Shown here: positions 1 through 28,700 of the stretch, one piece after another
Numbering within the stretch: position 1 is the first letter of the stretch
Layout: every line of letters begins with the position of its first letter
Assembly (NCBI GenBank): GCA_030141605.1
Contig: JAQGDQ010000105.1
Coordinates: forward strand, 310,001-374,000
Length of the DNA: 64,000 nt
Reading direction: 5' to 3'
DNA from: Tubiluchus corallicola
Lineage: Eukaryota > Animalia > Priapulida
The notes under the pieces: model-generated
The model's input: the letters and a program-made list of their open reading frames with translations, nothing else
Told to the model about the DNA's origin: nothing
Database searches by the model: none
Position numbers and translations under genes: made by a program

Positions 1-3000
1 CTTTGCTTCGTTTCAAAGTGTTTTGCCGTGGTCTAATTGCGAATTCGAAAGAAGTACACCAGGTACGCAACAAGAAAAACCATAATTACAGATATAAAGA
101 CTTATATCTTTATATCTTTATAAGAAATCTTTATAAAGTTAATTGATATTTATGCATTTGTTGTTACTGCATACAGCTTTGCTATAAAATTTCAATTGGT
201 GGTCATCACTACGTGCTCCATTCAAGCCAACTGGAATTTTATAAAGTTAGCAAGTAATTAGTGTATTTAATGCGAGGATTAAGTCCTCTGCTGCAAAAAG
301 CCATTGAAGTTGTAATTCATTTAAGTTATTATGCTTGGCCAGTCGTGTCGACTCAGCTTTTATAAAGCTATTTTTTCTAGAAAATCTGTCCGATTAATAT
401 TTTAACCTCGCAGAGAATTTACATCATTCTTTTTAATGGCTAATGTTTGTAATGTTGGCTAGCAAATACAGGCCCTGTATACATGTCTATAGTTTCTGTA
501 TGTACATTTATTAGCAATTAAAAGATTTACCGTCATCATCATCATCTTCTTCTAGGCTCGTTGCATTATTTCAGCGGATAGGTGTTGGTGAGACAGTGGT
601 TTTTGGGATTACTGGCACCCATTATAACATGCTCATCATATGGACTTTGTGACATCAATTATTTCATTTGTGTTATAATGCTTGTATTCCAAAAATAGGC
701 AATAATCTTTTTGCAGTTGTAATTGTAATTGTATTGCATTGTATTTCAATTAATTGTCTTTGTAGTTTTTTATTGAGTATTAATTGTATTTTTAATACTT
801 ATCCAGAAAAATCTTTACTAGCTTATAAATCCCAACTCGTCCTCGTTTATTCTAATGCTCTACGCGCGCATGATGTTCACATAAGCTTATTTTTTAAAAT
901 TCAACGCCCCAAATTTTACTTTTATAGCCTGCTATGATCATGAATTAGCCAAGACTTGTACCGAGAATGGAGGATTGTTTTTCGAACAGCACTGCTACAA
1001 TGCAACTGAAGCCGAGTTGTACTCTATTACAAATGAAACACTAGCTAACGCCACACGCATATATCCAAGCCAAGAATATTTCAAGTAAGAACAAAAAATA
1101 ATTTTAGTTTCATTTTCGTGTATACAACTAAAGAAAAGTCACACATAAACCCACACAAATCTCATTATATGTATGAGAATAAGTGACACCAAAATCCTTA
1201 CTTACGGCAATCACATTAAGTCGAACTACTTACATCACATTATAGAATAAAATTAGTATTATTCTACACAGAGTACCTTATAGAGAATTTTCATCATTCT
1301 TTTTTATGGCTGACGTTTGTAATGGTGGCCTGCAAATAAAGGCCCCGTAGAAAAGTGTGTGGCTTCATCAACATCATCATCATTATCAACATGGTCATCA
1401 TCATCATCATCATAATCCTAATTGTTTTAGCTTCTGATGACATAAAAATGGCCTGGATATCTGATTGCATTTCTGAAAAATAAATCTTTGCACACTGCTA
1501 AACATTTACGTAACATTTTTAAACCACGTAAACATTGACACAACTTAACTTCCTTTTACAGCAATTTTGTACTCGACATGACAGAAGGGATTCACGATTT
1601 AGGGAAACAGAGATGGCAGCTGGTACTCTGTCTTCTTGGTGCTTGGTTAATTGTATTTTTCTGTCTTATCAAAGGTGTGAAGTCATCAGGCAAGGTACAA
1701 TTTATGATAGAAATATATAATAAGAAGGAAATAACACTGGACTAACTAATTAATAAAACTAACAATAGTAATCAAGTGTATCAAAGCATCGCTAGAATAA
1801 TAGTGTTTTTTTGCCCAACAGGTGGTGTACTTTACAGCATTATTTCCATATTTTGTGCTGACAACCTTGTTAATTCGTGGAGCTACGCTGATCGGTGCTG
1901 GCGAAGGAATAAAGTTCTACCTATTACCAAAGTGGCACAAGCTAAAGGAAGCATCCGTAATTATTTCTTACAACTACAACAACTAATTAAGACGAGCAAG
2001 TCCTCTGCGATACCACCACTGAAAACTCTGAACTTTTGTATTGAAATTCATCTTACTTTCCTATCAATATACGCACTACTGAATTTAGTATAAATGTTTC
2101 CATCAATTTTGCGCAACGTTCAATCGTGGTCACCAGGTATGTTATCAATGTAAAAAAGCCAAAATCAAGTCATATCTCTTGCGCTATACCTCGTTACCAT
2201 TAACCTCAATGCTCGTTTTCTACGTAGCATTACCATAAATTTCCTTTGTTTGATATCATTCTTTCAGCGTCTGACGTTCATGCACGTAATGTGTAATTAG
2301 AAAGTTTTTATTTTTCTGATTTCATCCGATAGTGTTGTTTTACATGATTTATAGTGCAGTAACAAACTTCTTTTTAGGTGTGGGGAGCTGCGGCAGAGCA
2401 AATTTTCTATTCTCTCGGTCCAGCTTGGGGAGGACTAATAACATTAGCTAGTTACAACAAATTTAACAATAACTGTTTCAGGTATGACAAAGTCTGTGGT
2501 TGGTATGCAAGACGTACGTAAATATTTATATTAACCTAAAGACGTTTGAATAAATGAAAAATACGGTTATTAACTAACAGCCATCTGCAGTAGTTGTAGC
2601 CACGACATTTCTTAATGATTGCAATTTTCGCAAAACTTCCTGCCTTGTTGTACTGATTTTGAAGGTAATCATAATTAATATTGTTGTGGATGATATTGAT
2701 TCATTTAGAGACACGCTGATTGTGTCACTGGGCAACTGCGGTACCAGCATCTACGCAGGATTCGCCATCTTCTCCATCTTGGGATTCATGGCACACGAAC
2801 TCGGTGCTGATGTTGAAGATGTTGTTGACAGCGGTAAATCTAACAGTGTAAATCACTATAATCCAAAGTTATCGGCATGCAATGTGTGATACCGTTACAA
2901 ACATCCATTCGATAATAATTTTAAAATTTGAAACTGATAGTTTATAAACTTTAAAATTTCGAATCACAGCAGACAAATATTAGTTTTTTTCATTTTAGGT

Positions 3001-5642
3001 CCAGGATTAGCGTTTGTTGCTTATCCAGAAGCTATTACTAGACTACCAGTATCACCTCTGTGGTCAGTCCTTTTCTTTCTCATGCTCATTACTTTAGGTT
3101 TGGACAGCCAGGTATATTAACATAGAGTTATTACCCACTTTATTGATAAAATTAAACAGCATGCTGTTGTTATAGAAGTGGTAACAGTACCCTAATTCAG
3201 ATATCCAAATCTTTTTCCAAATACTTAAAATTCTCATTTTTGTCTTGATCCCGTGACAGTGGACTGCTTTAGATGAATTTTTAACAAATGCCTGTTGTAG
3301 TTCCTGGATAACTAAAACAACATAAAATGCTTCCATCTGACAGTATCCACAGTATATATAAATCAGATATTTTAAGTTGTTTAAATTCGCTATATATTAA
3401 GTTATATTCACGCCATTATGTTTACTTCTGTGTAATTTGTGCTGTTGCTGCGAGCTTGCGACGACATGTGTAAGTTTCAGCAAGCTTCAATGCCGGTAAG
3501 GTCAGTGGCCGTTATAGTAGCCTTTTGTAATGAACTGCTTATTTTAGAGAAACAACCAGATATCCAAATTCTCACGGACAAAACAAACCAAGTCAGATAT
3601 GTCATGTTCAACTTGCTCATTGTTTCCGCTTTCTGACCTGTTTATCCGCCAATAGAGTTAGATGATAATTTTCCTGTGTTTCTCTTATAAACAACTTCAT
3701 TGTTTATCTAATGCATGGGATTCCTGAAAAATTTCTTACTTGTAGTTTACCATGATGGAAACGGTCACCACAGCCATCATGGACCATTTTACTAACTTGC
3801 GTAAACACAAGATTTGGGTTTTAACATTCTCCTGCACGCTATGGTTTGCACTTGGACTAACGATGACCTGTCAGGTAACTGGGCACATCATTTTTAAGTT
3901 CTGATGGACACTTATTCAAATCCAGACTCTTTTCATGCTTCCTATATCTTTAGACCCACCTTTGTTTCAAAAATTTAATATTAAATTATGTGTTCATCAT
4001 TCATTAGAAAAGAATCTAGAAGGAGTAAATTAAGAAATCTAACTATCAAAAATGTAAATTCTAAAAAAATAAAAAAATATTATTGCTGGTTTGATTTTGA
4101 AAATTCGTGATTTATTATTGATATGTACCATGGTGGTATTTTCATTATGGACTATTTTCCAGGGAGGCGTCTATGTCCTAGAATTGATAAACAGCTATGC
4201 CGCTGGTTGGTCTCTCATGATTTTAGCATTTTGTGAGTTATTAATTATTGGCTGGATATACGGTAAGTGCACTTTGTACGTGTTTAACTGTTACTGGGGT
4301 ACTGCTGAATCGCCAGTCGATGTAAAAATGTTTCTAAATCTTGTTGAAATATGCTTTTGATTGGCCATTGTTCTGTGTTTCTGTAAATGCATTTGATGGG
4401 CGAATATTATCATGCTAAGCTTTGTTTACACAAATGGCAATATAGTCGTAATATTTCCAGATTTTCCGAATTGCCTAAAACTCTCTAGACTTCTAGAAAC
4501 TCGCAGGTATGCACTAGACATTCAGAAAATGTTGACTCGTGCACCTCAGCTGTACTGGCAAATCATGTGGAAGTTTATCACTCCAGTAGCTTTAGTGGTG
4601 AGTAGTAACTACATGAAAAATAGCATCATCATGCTTATGGTCACACACCACCTCCACCAACACTATCAGTATCACCACCACCACCATTATCACCTCATCA
4701 TCATCATAGTCTTCTTCATCTCTTCCTTCATCATCATCATCATCATCAGCAGCAGCATCATCATCATCATCAGCAACAGCAGCAGCAGCATCATCATCAT
4801 CATCATCATCATTATCATCATCATCATCATCATCACCATCGGAATCAATATCATTATTACAGTTTGATTGACCCTTACTACAATATTCACCTACCACTGA
4901 ATGTGCTACAATAGCCTTTGCCATTAGTTCCACTCTTCCAGTTTTCATTAAAAATATTTTTTATTTTCTAGTTTGTATTGTTATTTTCTTGGATTGAATA
5001 CGAGCCGCTTACATATGAAAACTACGTGTATCCACCATGGGCTAATGCAGTAGGATGGCTACTGGCGCTGGCATCTGTCATAATGGTTCCTATTGGTGTT
5101 ATAATCAAAATATTTACTAGGAAGTCTGATGTAAGTTTAAGAGCGTATATGACCAACCAACTTATTCGTTTTTACTGATTTTCGAAAAAAATTTCTGCCC
5201 TTTCTGCCAACTTTCGACTTTAAACGTGTGGTGTCAAGATGCATTTTCGGTATAAGTTTTACTATAAGTGCTTACTCCTGAAAACCTGGTCTGAAGGAAC
5301 AGTTTCGACAACGTTGTAAATAACGGATCATTTTAAAAACTGATAATTAGGTTACACAGTATATCAAATTAGCCATAACCAACTATCTTTAGTTCTTCGT
5401 GGTGCAAGCGTATCAGCACTATGGATTTTTTGCCTAATTTGTTTGTTTGCTTGTTTGTTTTTCAGTCTTGGTTTAGTTTATTTCAAGCGACCTCAAACTG
5501 GGCACCTGCATCGGAAATGCGTGAAAGGAATGTCTCACTCCATGACGCTACAGAACTTAAATATCGGAAGGATTTGGCAGACGCCGCTTACGCGAATCCA
5601 GCAGCACCAAGTTCTCTTTACGAGTCACCTATCAGATTTTAA
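1..5642 (+). CDS. SLC6 Na+/Cl- dependent glycine/amino-acid transporter-like gene, copy A (5' part outside window)
   Basis: GT-AG exons read by hand with consistent phase: <1-62, 928-1084, 1562-1694, 1822-1956, 2378-2481, 2709-2833, 2999-3111, 3746-3874, 4163-4262, 4461-4597, 4972-5130, 5466-5642 (TAA). Motifs: [73 protein letters not shown]. No stops or frameshifts seen. Confidence 0.95.
4620..4860. repeat. (CAT)n/(CAG)n/(CAC)n trinucleotide microsatellite, intronic
   Basis: Visible directly; source of the poly-I/D/M/H ORFs. Confidence 0.95.
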
Positions 5643-6603
5643 AAAAGTAGTTACTTTCATGGAAGTGATGTCATGCAGATTTTCGCCGTCCGTGCCTGGA
5701 AGAAGAAGTTTATTTCACAAATATTCTTTAAGCAAATGCGTAGACATGCTTCGTTTTGTTATAGTCTATTATTTTTCAAGCCAAGTTTATAAGAAATCGT
5801 ACAAAATTGATGTGATAATTACTACACTTTTCAAAATTACCTATAGTACTATGCACAAATAGTTTAATGACCTTTTTTATAAACCGTTAAATATCAATTT
5901 GTTTAAAACTTAATTTGAATTTAACTACAAAACGTATTATTGTTGTTCTTTTAGCTTAACCTTTAGTTCTTTTACTTTTAACTTTGCAAGTCAAGTAGTA
6001 TTGTGCTGACAAACTAAACCAATATTTGAGCTTGGTGTTCAAGCAGGCAAGTTATGTAAACTATTGATGCGATCATGTAATGCAAAGGCTTGTTTCTAGC
6101 CAAACATTAAATTTTGCTATCAAGTAGCTTGGAATAAGTTGGTAACCTTGAACTGGGTTTTCCATTAGACTTTTCCGTGCATATACGTAGCAGCACTGAA
6201 CGAATAAGTGGTTAACTCAATGATATAAGAATTTATCAAGAAATAATCCCTAAAATTACCAATCTGCGACGTAACGCCTATAAAGTAAATAAAAATTCCA
6301 TTACTGGCAGAAAGAACTGGAATACTGATTCTGTGCTTTACGTAACCCTTAGCCTACGTATTTTGTTTGCGTTTTACAGTATGGACTGTTTACATGGAAG
6401 GCCAGAATTAAAGTTCGACGCAAGGAATAGCATAAAACGCTCATAATGTTTTTTTTATTTAACTATTGCTTTTAAGCTTTTCATACTTTCGTTCTCGAAA
6501 TTTTTAAAATGATCAACAAGGCTGGTTTAAGCGGAAACTGTTCAAGTGCTATAGGTTAATATTTTACTGTTTTTCTTTTGGTAAAACAATTTTCAATTTT
6601 TCT

Positions 6604-6666
6604 TGCTGCTGTAGTAGTAGTAGTGGTAGTGGTATTGTTAGTGGTAGTAGTAGTAGTAGTGTAGTA
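6604..6666. repeat. (GTA)n/(GTG)n microsatellite
   Basis: Visible directly. Confidence 0.9.
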
Positions 6667-7374
6667 ATCAACAAAGAAAGCTACTCGCAGAAGAAACTGT
6701 GAAACGTTTGCATTATAAGACGTGCCTGGTAATGAGTCTTGAAATCGACGGTGATTTATTTGACCCACTTCAATTCTAGCAAGAAAAAGAATATAAATGT
6801 CCACCATCCTTAACGTTTTCTGCTTAGGAAGCATGAAACTCGCTTACTTCAAACTTACAGGACATAATTATAAACAAGTAAAAGTTGAAAACTTGCATGT
6901 TATTTTTTATATCTTAGATCTGTATCACAGTAACTGCTGACTGTGAACTATTTTTGTTCTTTCAAGATAGAGTCTAAAATACGAGTTTTTTCTCAGTAAA
7001 AGGCCCTATTGATCAAAATTGCTTTTTGAAATATTTAAATGTTAAATTACGTTAGGGCATACAGCGTATAGGGCATATGTGACTGGATATATCAGATTCT
7101 TCCATGAGAATTATTCCAATTGCTCGCGTTGTCGTATTCTTTACAATGATGTAAGAAAAGAATGGGGAAAAAGAAGCAAAGAAGGAAAAAGATGTAACAA
7201 CAGAACACACATAATATGGCTTACGGCATACTGAACATAGTGAATCAAGTTTGAGAAAATCAAAATAACAATGGAGTCCAGAGAATGTTACTTTTATTAA
7301 TCATTAACGTTTTATTACTTAATGTCGCAATAACATCAAGCAACTACATTAATAAGGACGTTTAGTAATTACCA

Positions 7375-7655
7375 TAATGATGATGACGATGAAGAAGGTG
7401 ATGGTGATGATAAGGTTAAGATGATGATGAAGACGACGATGATGATGATAATGATGATGACGAAGACGAAGACGAAGACGATGGACAGCGATGATGAAAA
7501 ATGGCGATGATGACAATGTGGCAATGAAGAAGATTATAATGCTAGATACGATGTTGATGATTATGATGACGATGATGATGATGATACAATGAAGACAGCA
7601 ACGTCGACGACGACGATCATGATAGTGACCACAATGATGACAACGACGACGAAGA
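7375..7655. repeat. Degenerate (GAT/GAC/GAA)n trinucleotide tract upstream of copy B
   Basis: Visible directly; interrupted by stop codons. Confidence 0.9.
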
Positions 7656-8040
7656 AAAAAACTGAAGTAATAACCGAACTTTCCAAGTGTTGAAACCAAA
7701 CAGGCAACACACTTATATATTGTGTAATCATTATAATAATTAAGCGTTTGAGATGTTTTAGACAGTAAAGTGGCTGTGTACATTATTGTATACAGCTATG
7801 CAACTGCTGAAATAAAAAGTGAAAACGAACTCCTCGAAACTGTTGCACAAAATCAGCTATTGCAAACAAGTCGCATTGTATGCGTGACTGAATTTATAAC
7901 TCCTTTCCGTTACCTGCTCATTTTGCAGAGAAACTTGGAGACACACGGTCACCAAACAGCTTGTTCACGTAATGTGTTATGTGTTTATGTGCGTGCAGAG
8001 TTCAAAAGTAATAAATAAATTCGGATAAGCAAAAACCAAA

Positions 8041-22493
<14,453 letters not shown>

Positions 22494-22744
22494 ATTTTTA
22501 AAATATCGTTTTCAACTATCCACATCTTTAAAATTTGCTTGATTTAATTGACGAGAAAATGGTAAAAGTGTTATATGATATAGTAGTCATTTATTTCTAA
22601 ACAGTACTTTATAAAATTGATCTAAGCAATTTAAATATTTACGTAAGAAGTTAGAAATGTACGGAAATACAGGAGGAAGAAAGATTACAAAGATTGTTAA
22701 AAATGTATTCATGAATCAGAATACTTGCATATACGTCTTTTGTG

Positions 22745-23215
22745 TCATCCCACAGGCCACAGGGATCAATATGGGTACAATTTTGTTTATTCTCCTCGTT
22801 AATGATATGTGTAATGTACTGGAATTGTTAAATTTATGCATTACTATAAACAGAATGAGCACAGAAAGACTGTAACTTACCACATTAAATAAATAAAGTT
22901 CATGTATAAATTTCTTGAAGAACAATTTGACCATAAAACTTGCATAAAAATTTCGAATATGACAAAAGGATATTTTTAACTGATGTATAAGGAACTGTGA
23001 AAAACATTTTAGCATAACTTTAAATATAACTTTAAAAATGTAACCACAAAAACGACATGTTTTTTCTTCTTTCTATTAGCTGTCTACTGTTACGCATATC
23101 TTACTTTTATGAACAATTTACTCTTATTCTTACGTACATGTATTTTTAAGTAAACTGTATATGTGATCAATACTATATGTAAATAGTTTTTTAAAGTTTG
23201 CTGAATAAATGTTAT
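22745..23215 (+). mobile_element. Highly decayed LINE relic downstream of the copy B stop codon
   Basis: IPQ..GINMGTILFILLVNDM resembles the RT motif VPQGSxLGPxLFxxxxND; the segment ends in T-rich sequence and AATAAA near 23205. Confidence 0.4.
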
Positions 23216-24329
23216 TTCTATCAATAATGATGAAGAAACATTATTTCATCAGTTTCATAATTTTACGGTCATCATATGATAAGCTTCTTACAAGTTAGGA
23301 TTCTTGCTGTTATTTTTGTGTGGCAGTTGCTAGTTAATGGTATCTTAACTCTTTCACAAAACCTGTCTTTGTCCTCTGTCACTCTTTTAGAACTCTGAAA
23401 GATTTTTAATAACATAAATAACATAACAAAACTGTAATAAAACGATTTAAGAGAACAAACAAAAAATAGCTGATTATTTTTACTGTCTGACCTAATTTAA
23501 TCCTAAGTCCAATTAAAAGAATTAGACGTATCCTGACATATTCACGTAAGATAAGAAATGACGTTTGTGCCATTTCACTCTAAAGGCTTTATGCAGACAA
23601 ACACACGTTGAAGGTCCTCGTTATTAATTTTCTATAAAAGAGTTATAAACATGAAAGGAGCATTCGCCACTGTCTTCTTTTTTCTAGACAAGTTCTACTC
23701 AGTGTAAGACTAATCTTCAGAAAAGAACCCTTATTATGAAGGCATTAATATGATCTTGTGAGATCAGGAAGTGGAACACAGTGTCGGAGCCAAGACGGCG
23801 TTGTATTATAACAAAACTTCGCTACAAGCTTCTGTCCTCTACTCCGATTTGAGCAGTTTTCTCACTAAACATAAGGATAAATATACGGTAAAACCCAACA
23901 AAAAACAAGTAAGTCCATGCTTTTTTCCTGTTTTGAGACTAGGGAAAGTCGTGTATATATGTAATTTTGGTGGATTTTTTTCTGTTGTTACAATTGCAAG
24001 GCCCGTTGGAGAGGCTGAATGTAGGGAAGACGATCACTGCACATCCTTACCTTCACTATCACTGCTGACTTTACTATTGCAATAATGCCTTCCAATTTGC
24101 CGATAAATTTCCTATGAAATTCACTTTGTGATTTTACTTGCTTCATCGTTGACATAATCAAAATAGAAATATCCTGCCATGGACATCACAAGGCTGGTCT
24201 ATAAGTTTTTCTTGTGCTCAACAGGTGCCATAGTTATTAAGCCAATTACAAGCTAGAGTAAATGCGCTTCCTAACTACACAAACTGTGGTACAGAAAACT
24301 TTTTGCCTAGAGCCAGTCATGAAATTCAG

Positions 24330-24720
24330 TCAGTCAATTCATTAAATTCAGTTTTATTTGCACAAATACATACAATATACATTGGCAAAGCAATACACGT
24401 TTAATACTACATAAACCGAAAAAAATCATAATAGGCTGTGTGTAAAATTATTTTCATAAACAAATGTTAAGATATGGTATACTGATACTAAAATCACAGT
24501 TACATAAAAATTGTATAATTTAGCAATGGAAAAAGAAAACTGACTTCAAAGTAGTAGGTATCTGTACCAGCTTTTTAAATGAAAAATTATAAAAATAACA
24601 TAATGAAAGTTGAAAATAATTTGGTTAGAGTCTGCTGCCAAAGTGCTGATATCTTCTTTCTTAGGAATCGGAGTTATTGCTAAAGGTTTTTTGCATTGAT
24701 GCCATAGATGTATAGATTGT
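24330..24720 (-). mobile_element. Highly decayed LINE relic between copies B and C
   Basis: Minus-strand AITPIPKKED (about 24651-24680) matches the pre-RT motif AxVxPIxKK; minus-strand AATAAA with a short-repeat tail near 24330-24360. Confidence 0.35.
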
Positions 24721-25728
24721 AAAATGAAAACCTACCTGAAAAAACAAAGAAACAGTATTAAAAACGAAGCTTACAAAATACAACGAAAGAGTATTAAAAA
24801 CAATTAACAACTATACATTCGATGATCGCTCTTATGGACCATCGCGTTACAGACAGTCATGTAGAAAAAAATACCTTAAAAACTTGTTTTTCCCGCACTA
24901 GTTTCCTTACAAAAAAGTTTTTTACTGTTAGCATCAAGGGCAAATAATGCTGTACAAAGCTAATAGAAAGTAATTCAAGCGTGCAGGATAATAACAGATT
25001 TAGGTAATCATCAACTAATTTGATGTAGATCATTGTGTGCGCCTCGTGTTTTGTGAAAACGCTATTGATAACCTTGAACTGACGGTTTTTTGGAAAGCAT
25101 ACTGAGCCACAGAAACGCGAAAGTGCCATTTTCATGTTAAAAGAAATTCTTTGGCCTCAGGCTGTCAGTCACAAGCTACAGTAAATAAGCGCTCACTTGC
25201 CATATTTAACAGAGAAAGCCTCTTTATAAAATTGAATTCTTGACACAGAATTTTTAGCTCCGTTTCCATCATTTTAGCAATTTAATATTATAAATGTGTC
25301 GGAAATATTACGACATGTTTTTTTATTCTACAGGTGAACTCACCTGTATATGTGAATTAATTATAACTTGTTTTAGGGCAAGCTATTTTGCATTTGCTTT
25401 GTCTTTAGCCAATAGACCTAGTATAAGCAATCGTAGGTTTTTAATTCCCTTTTTCTTAATGCTTTATAACGCAGGTTGATGATGACTGACATAAATATTT
25501 GCAATAAAAACTGACCCCTTTGTTGATCAAGAATGCAGTAGCCCATGCAGTACTTAAACATCCTACATGGATTGGTAGCTTTGAGCGTACCTCTCTTATG
25601 ATAATCTGTGTGTATAGCCTGCAGACATCGTAGTGTGCTAATCATTAGTGTGACTTCTAAGGTGTTCTAAGATTATTATTCTTGTGCGGAGTGCAGTGCT
25701 TTTCGAGAAAATAATCGAATACGACAAA

Positions 25729-28700
25729 ATGAGCCAAGTAGGCAAATAATAAATTCCTTAAATTATCTTTTTTTCTAGTTTGCATATGTAATTTGGGTTA
25801 GCTGAAATATTGTTTTGTTTTTTTTGCTGGAGACTATAATAAATTGCATATCAGTTTTGTCGATTGGTGGCAGGTGTTTTCAAAACTGGTCAGAACTACT
25901 TCGAGGCTTCGAAGTTCGATTGATATGCTGTCCATATTAATCATGTCATATCTACTAAAACGGTGCAAATGCCGAATAGTAAATCACGTACGTTTATTAA
26001 GCGCAGACGTGCGCTTAATAACTATGTTGATTCATAGAGGCTGGTTCTTTCATATATTTAATCACACATATTTTTAAAAAGTAACCATTTTTATGACATA
26101 CTTTATTCAAACTTTATTATAAAAAATAAAAATGTCTAGGTAAAAATATAGGTACCACACAGTGAAAGTCGTTCAGGCGTATGCCACAGTGATCCTTTGA
26201 GGAAACCGTGACCTCGGATTAGCAGCGAAAAACGCTGTCCATATGTTAAGTACTCCTCAGTGAAATGTCAGGCGAAATCGTGAAAACATCTAGGCCCATG
26301 ATAGTTATGGAGTTTTAACAGCATCGTGATCGTTATCTAATGTAAACGGTTGTAGAGGGATGGAACGTTTCTCATTACCCAGAATAACCTTCTCAGATCA
26401 AATACACTAGGACCTTCTTCTCTGAGAAAAATAGTACAGGCGGTATGGATGATAGAACCTTTCACAAGCAACTTTTCAGAGGTCGCCCAGCTACTTACTA
26501 ACAAATCTCAGCGTTTTCTACTTCACAACCAAACACACGTACCGTGACTAGTCAGCTGTTCCATCTTTTACACTTCAAAATTTATCCATGCAAGAAATAC
26601 AAGTTTTTGAGGGTCTCAACTCAAATCAAACCGTTTGCGCTTTGAATGCGAGTAAATCTATATTTGACAGATTATGTATTCCCAAGTGGTTTGAAACAGG
26701 AATGGAAAGATTTTTTTCTAATCAAGTTGTGGTGATATGTAAGCTTGTAGCTTTAACATCAGCGGGGTAAGAAATTTGAAAGGTCAATCGTCTAGTATGT
26801 CTTACGCAGAGAAGCTATTTTTTGTAAACAAAAGAAGTACACAGTTGACATGACTGAAAACTTGACATGATTGGAAAGTTTACTGGCTACTAACAAACTG
26901 ACTGACCAATTGACCAATCGAAACACTCACTAGCTTCTTGCTCACCCACTCGCACACACCGCAAACTTCCAAACTAGCACTCACTGAACTTCAAATCATC
27001 AACAAAAGCACATTATTTATATATTTTATTCATTGTAGCCTAATGAAAGCAAGCATGAGTTGGCTAAACAAATGGAGGGAGCGGAAGAGGAGCCTGAGAG
27101 AGGAAATTGGTCAAACAAACTTGATTTTTTACTGTCTTGCCTTGGTTTCGCTGTCGGATTGGGAAACGTTTGGAGATTCCCTTACTTATGCTACAAAAAT
27201 GGTGGAGGTGGGCATTTTCTAAAATAGCTGTCGACGCATGCATGTACATAACCGGTACATTTATACGTGGCTCCGACAGTGACGACATGGTTAATGTTTT
27301 TCTTTCTTCCCAACTTAGTTTCTTTTCAGGTGCGTTTCTTATCCCGTACGCCATCTTTCTTTTCGTTGCCGGAATGCCGTTATTCTTCTTGGAACTGGGA
27401 GTTGGTCAGTTCTCAAGTCTAGGGCCCGTGGAGGCATACGGCCACTTGTGTCCGATGTTGCAGGTAGACTCTCTGACATTTTACCTAAATTAAATGGCCG
27501 ATAATTGTTCTGTAATAAATTCACATTGCATTGCCCATATAGAATACGTGACCTTGAATGTTCCTATACAGCTTTTCTTTAAGCCTTCTAAACCGTTCAA
27601 TTTACCAATTTGGAAGAAGTTTACAATTCCCCACACAGTTTAAATGCCATAATGCTTACTTTAATCCTAACCATAACCGTAACCCTAATCTTGTGTGTGT
27701 GGAATTACAAACTTTAGCCACAAATTTCAGTGCAAGGAAAACAATCAGTTAGTGTAATTATATTATTATTGGTTTAAATAGGCGATGGCCTAAAACGTTT
27801 TTCTGATCAGTGAGCAGAAGTCTTGCATAATATACTATCTTTCAGGGAATTGGTGTTGGGATGGTGATCATATCAGGCATTACCTGTACCTATTACAATA
27901 TGATAATTGCTTGGACAGTCTTCTATACTTTTGCTTCGTTTCAAAAAGTTCTGCCATGGTCCAACTGTGATTTCAAAGGAAGTACTCCAGGTATTGGTCA
28001 TTAAAAGGCTGCAAAGGAGGTTGCACAATTTGCAAATTGTTGAACTAATTTTGAACACTGTGGTCATATATAAATATACACATATATTTTTTGGTGCTAC
28101 ACTAAAAGAACTGTGAGCATGCTGTCTGTATGGAACATTCCCTTCTATTAAAGCCAGAAATCGAACGGTTGCTTGGAAATCTAAGTTCCAAAATAAATAG
28201 CAATATCAATGAGGTCGTGCTTGGGCCTTTTATTGAAAATATAGATCGATCTGCGTGGTGTTTGAATCAGCGGTTAAATTTTGGTAGTTGGCTGCATAGT
28301 TTGAAGAGCGGATGTATAATAATAACACACAACATTTCAGTTTCGCTTCTGGATAAAAATTCAAAGGCCTGTCAAAGACCAGTGTTTCACATTTTCACAC
28401 ATATGCACATAGTGCTCTTACTCAAGCAGTTGCATTACCAGATTCTTGCCTTGCATCAAAAGCAAGAATCTGACAGTGAAGCAAAGACTGCTTTAGTGAG
28501 GGTACTGCAAAGGCTTGAATGAAAATGCATAACACCAGTTTGCAGAAATTCTTTGTTTCATCACAGTGGTGAAAGCGCATTTTATGTGCATTAAACCTAA
28601 AAATGTACCATAAGACTAACTTAAATAATGTATAAATTTTTTTCAGCTTGTTATGACTACAAACTAGCTGACGAATGTGCATCAGCTGGCGGTTTATTCT

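Noticed and set aside
4592-4948. Poly-D, poly-M and poly-I ORFs
   Set aside because: Translations of an intronic (CAT)n microsatellite.
7349-7783. 144-aa His/Ile/Arg-rich ORF
   Set aside because: Degenerate trinucleotide repeat.
28130-28522. 130-aa intronic ORF and the many other 60-150 aa ORFs
   Set aside because: No recognisable motifs or splice context; expected by chance or antisense to exons.
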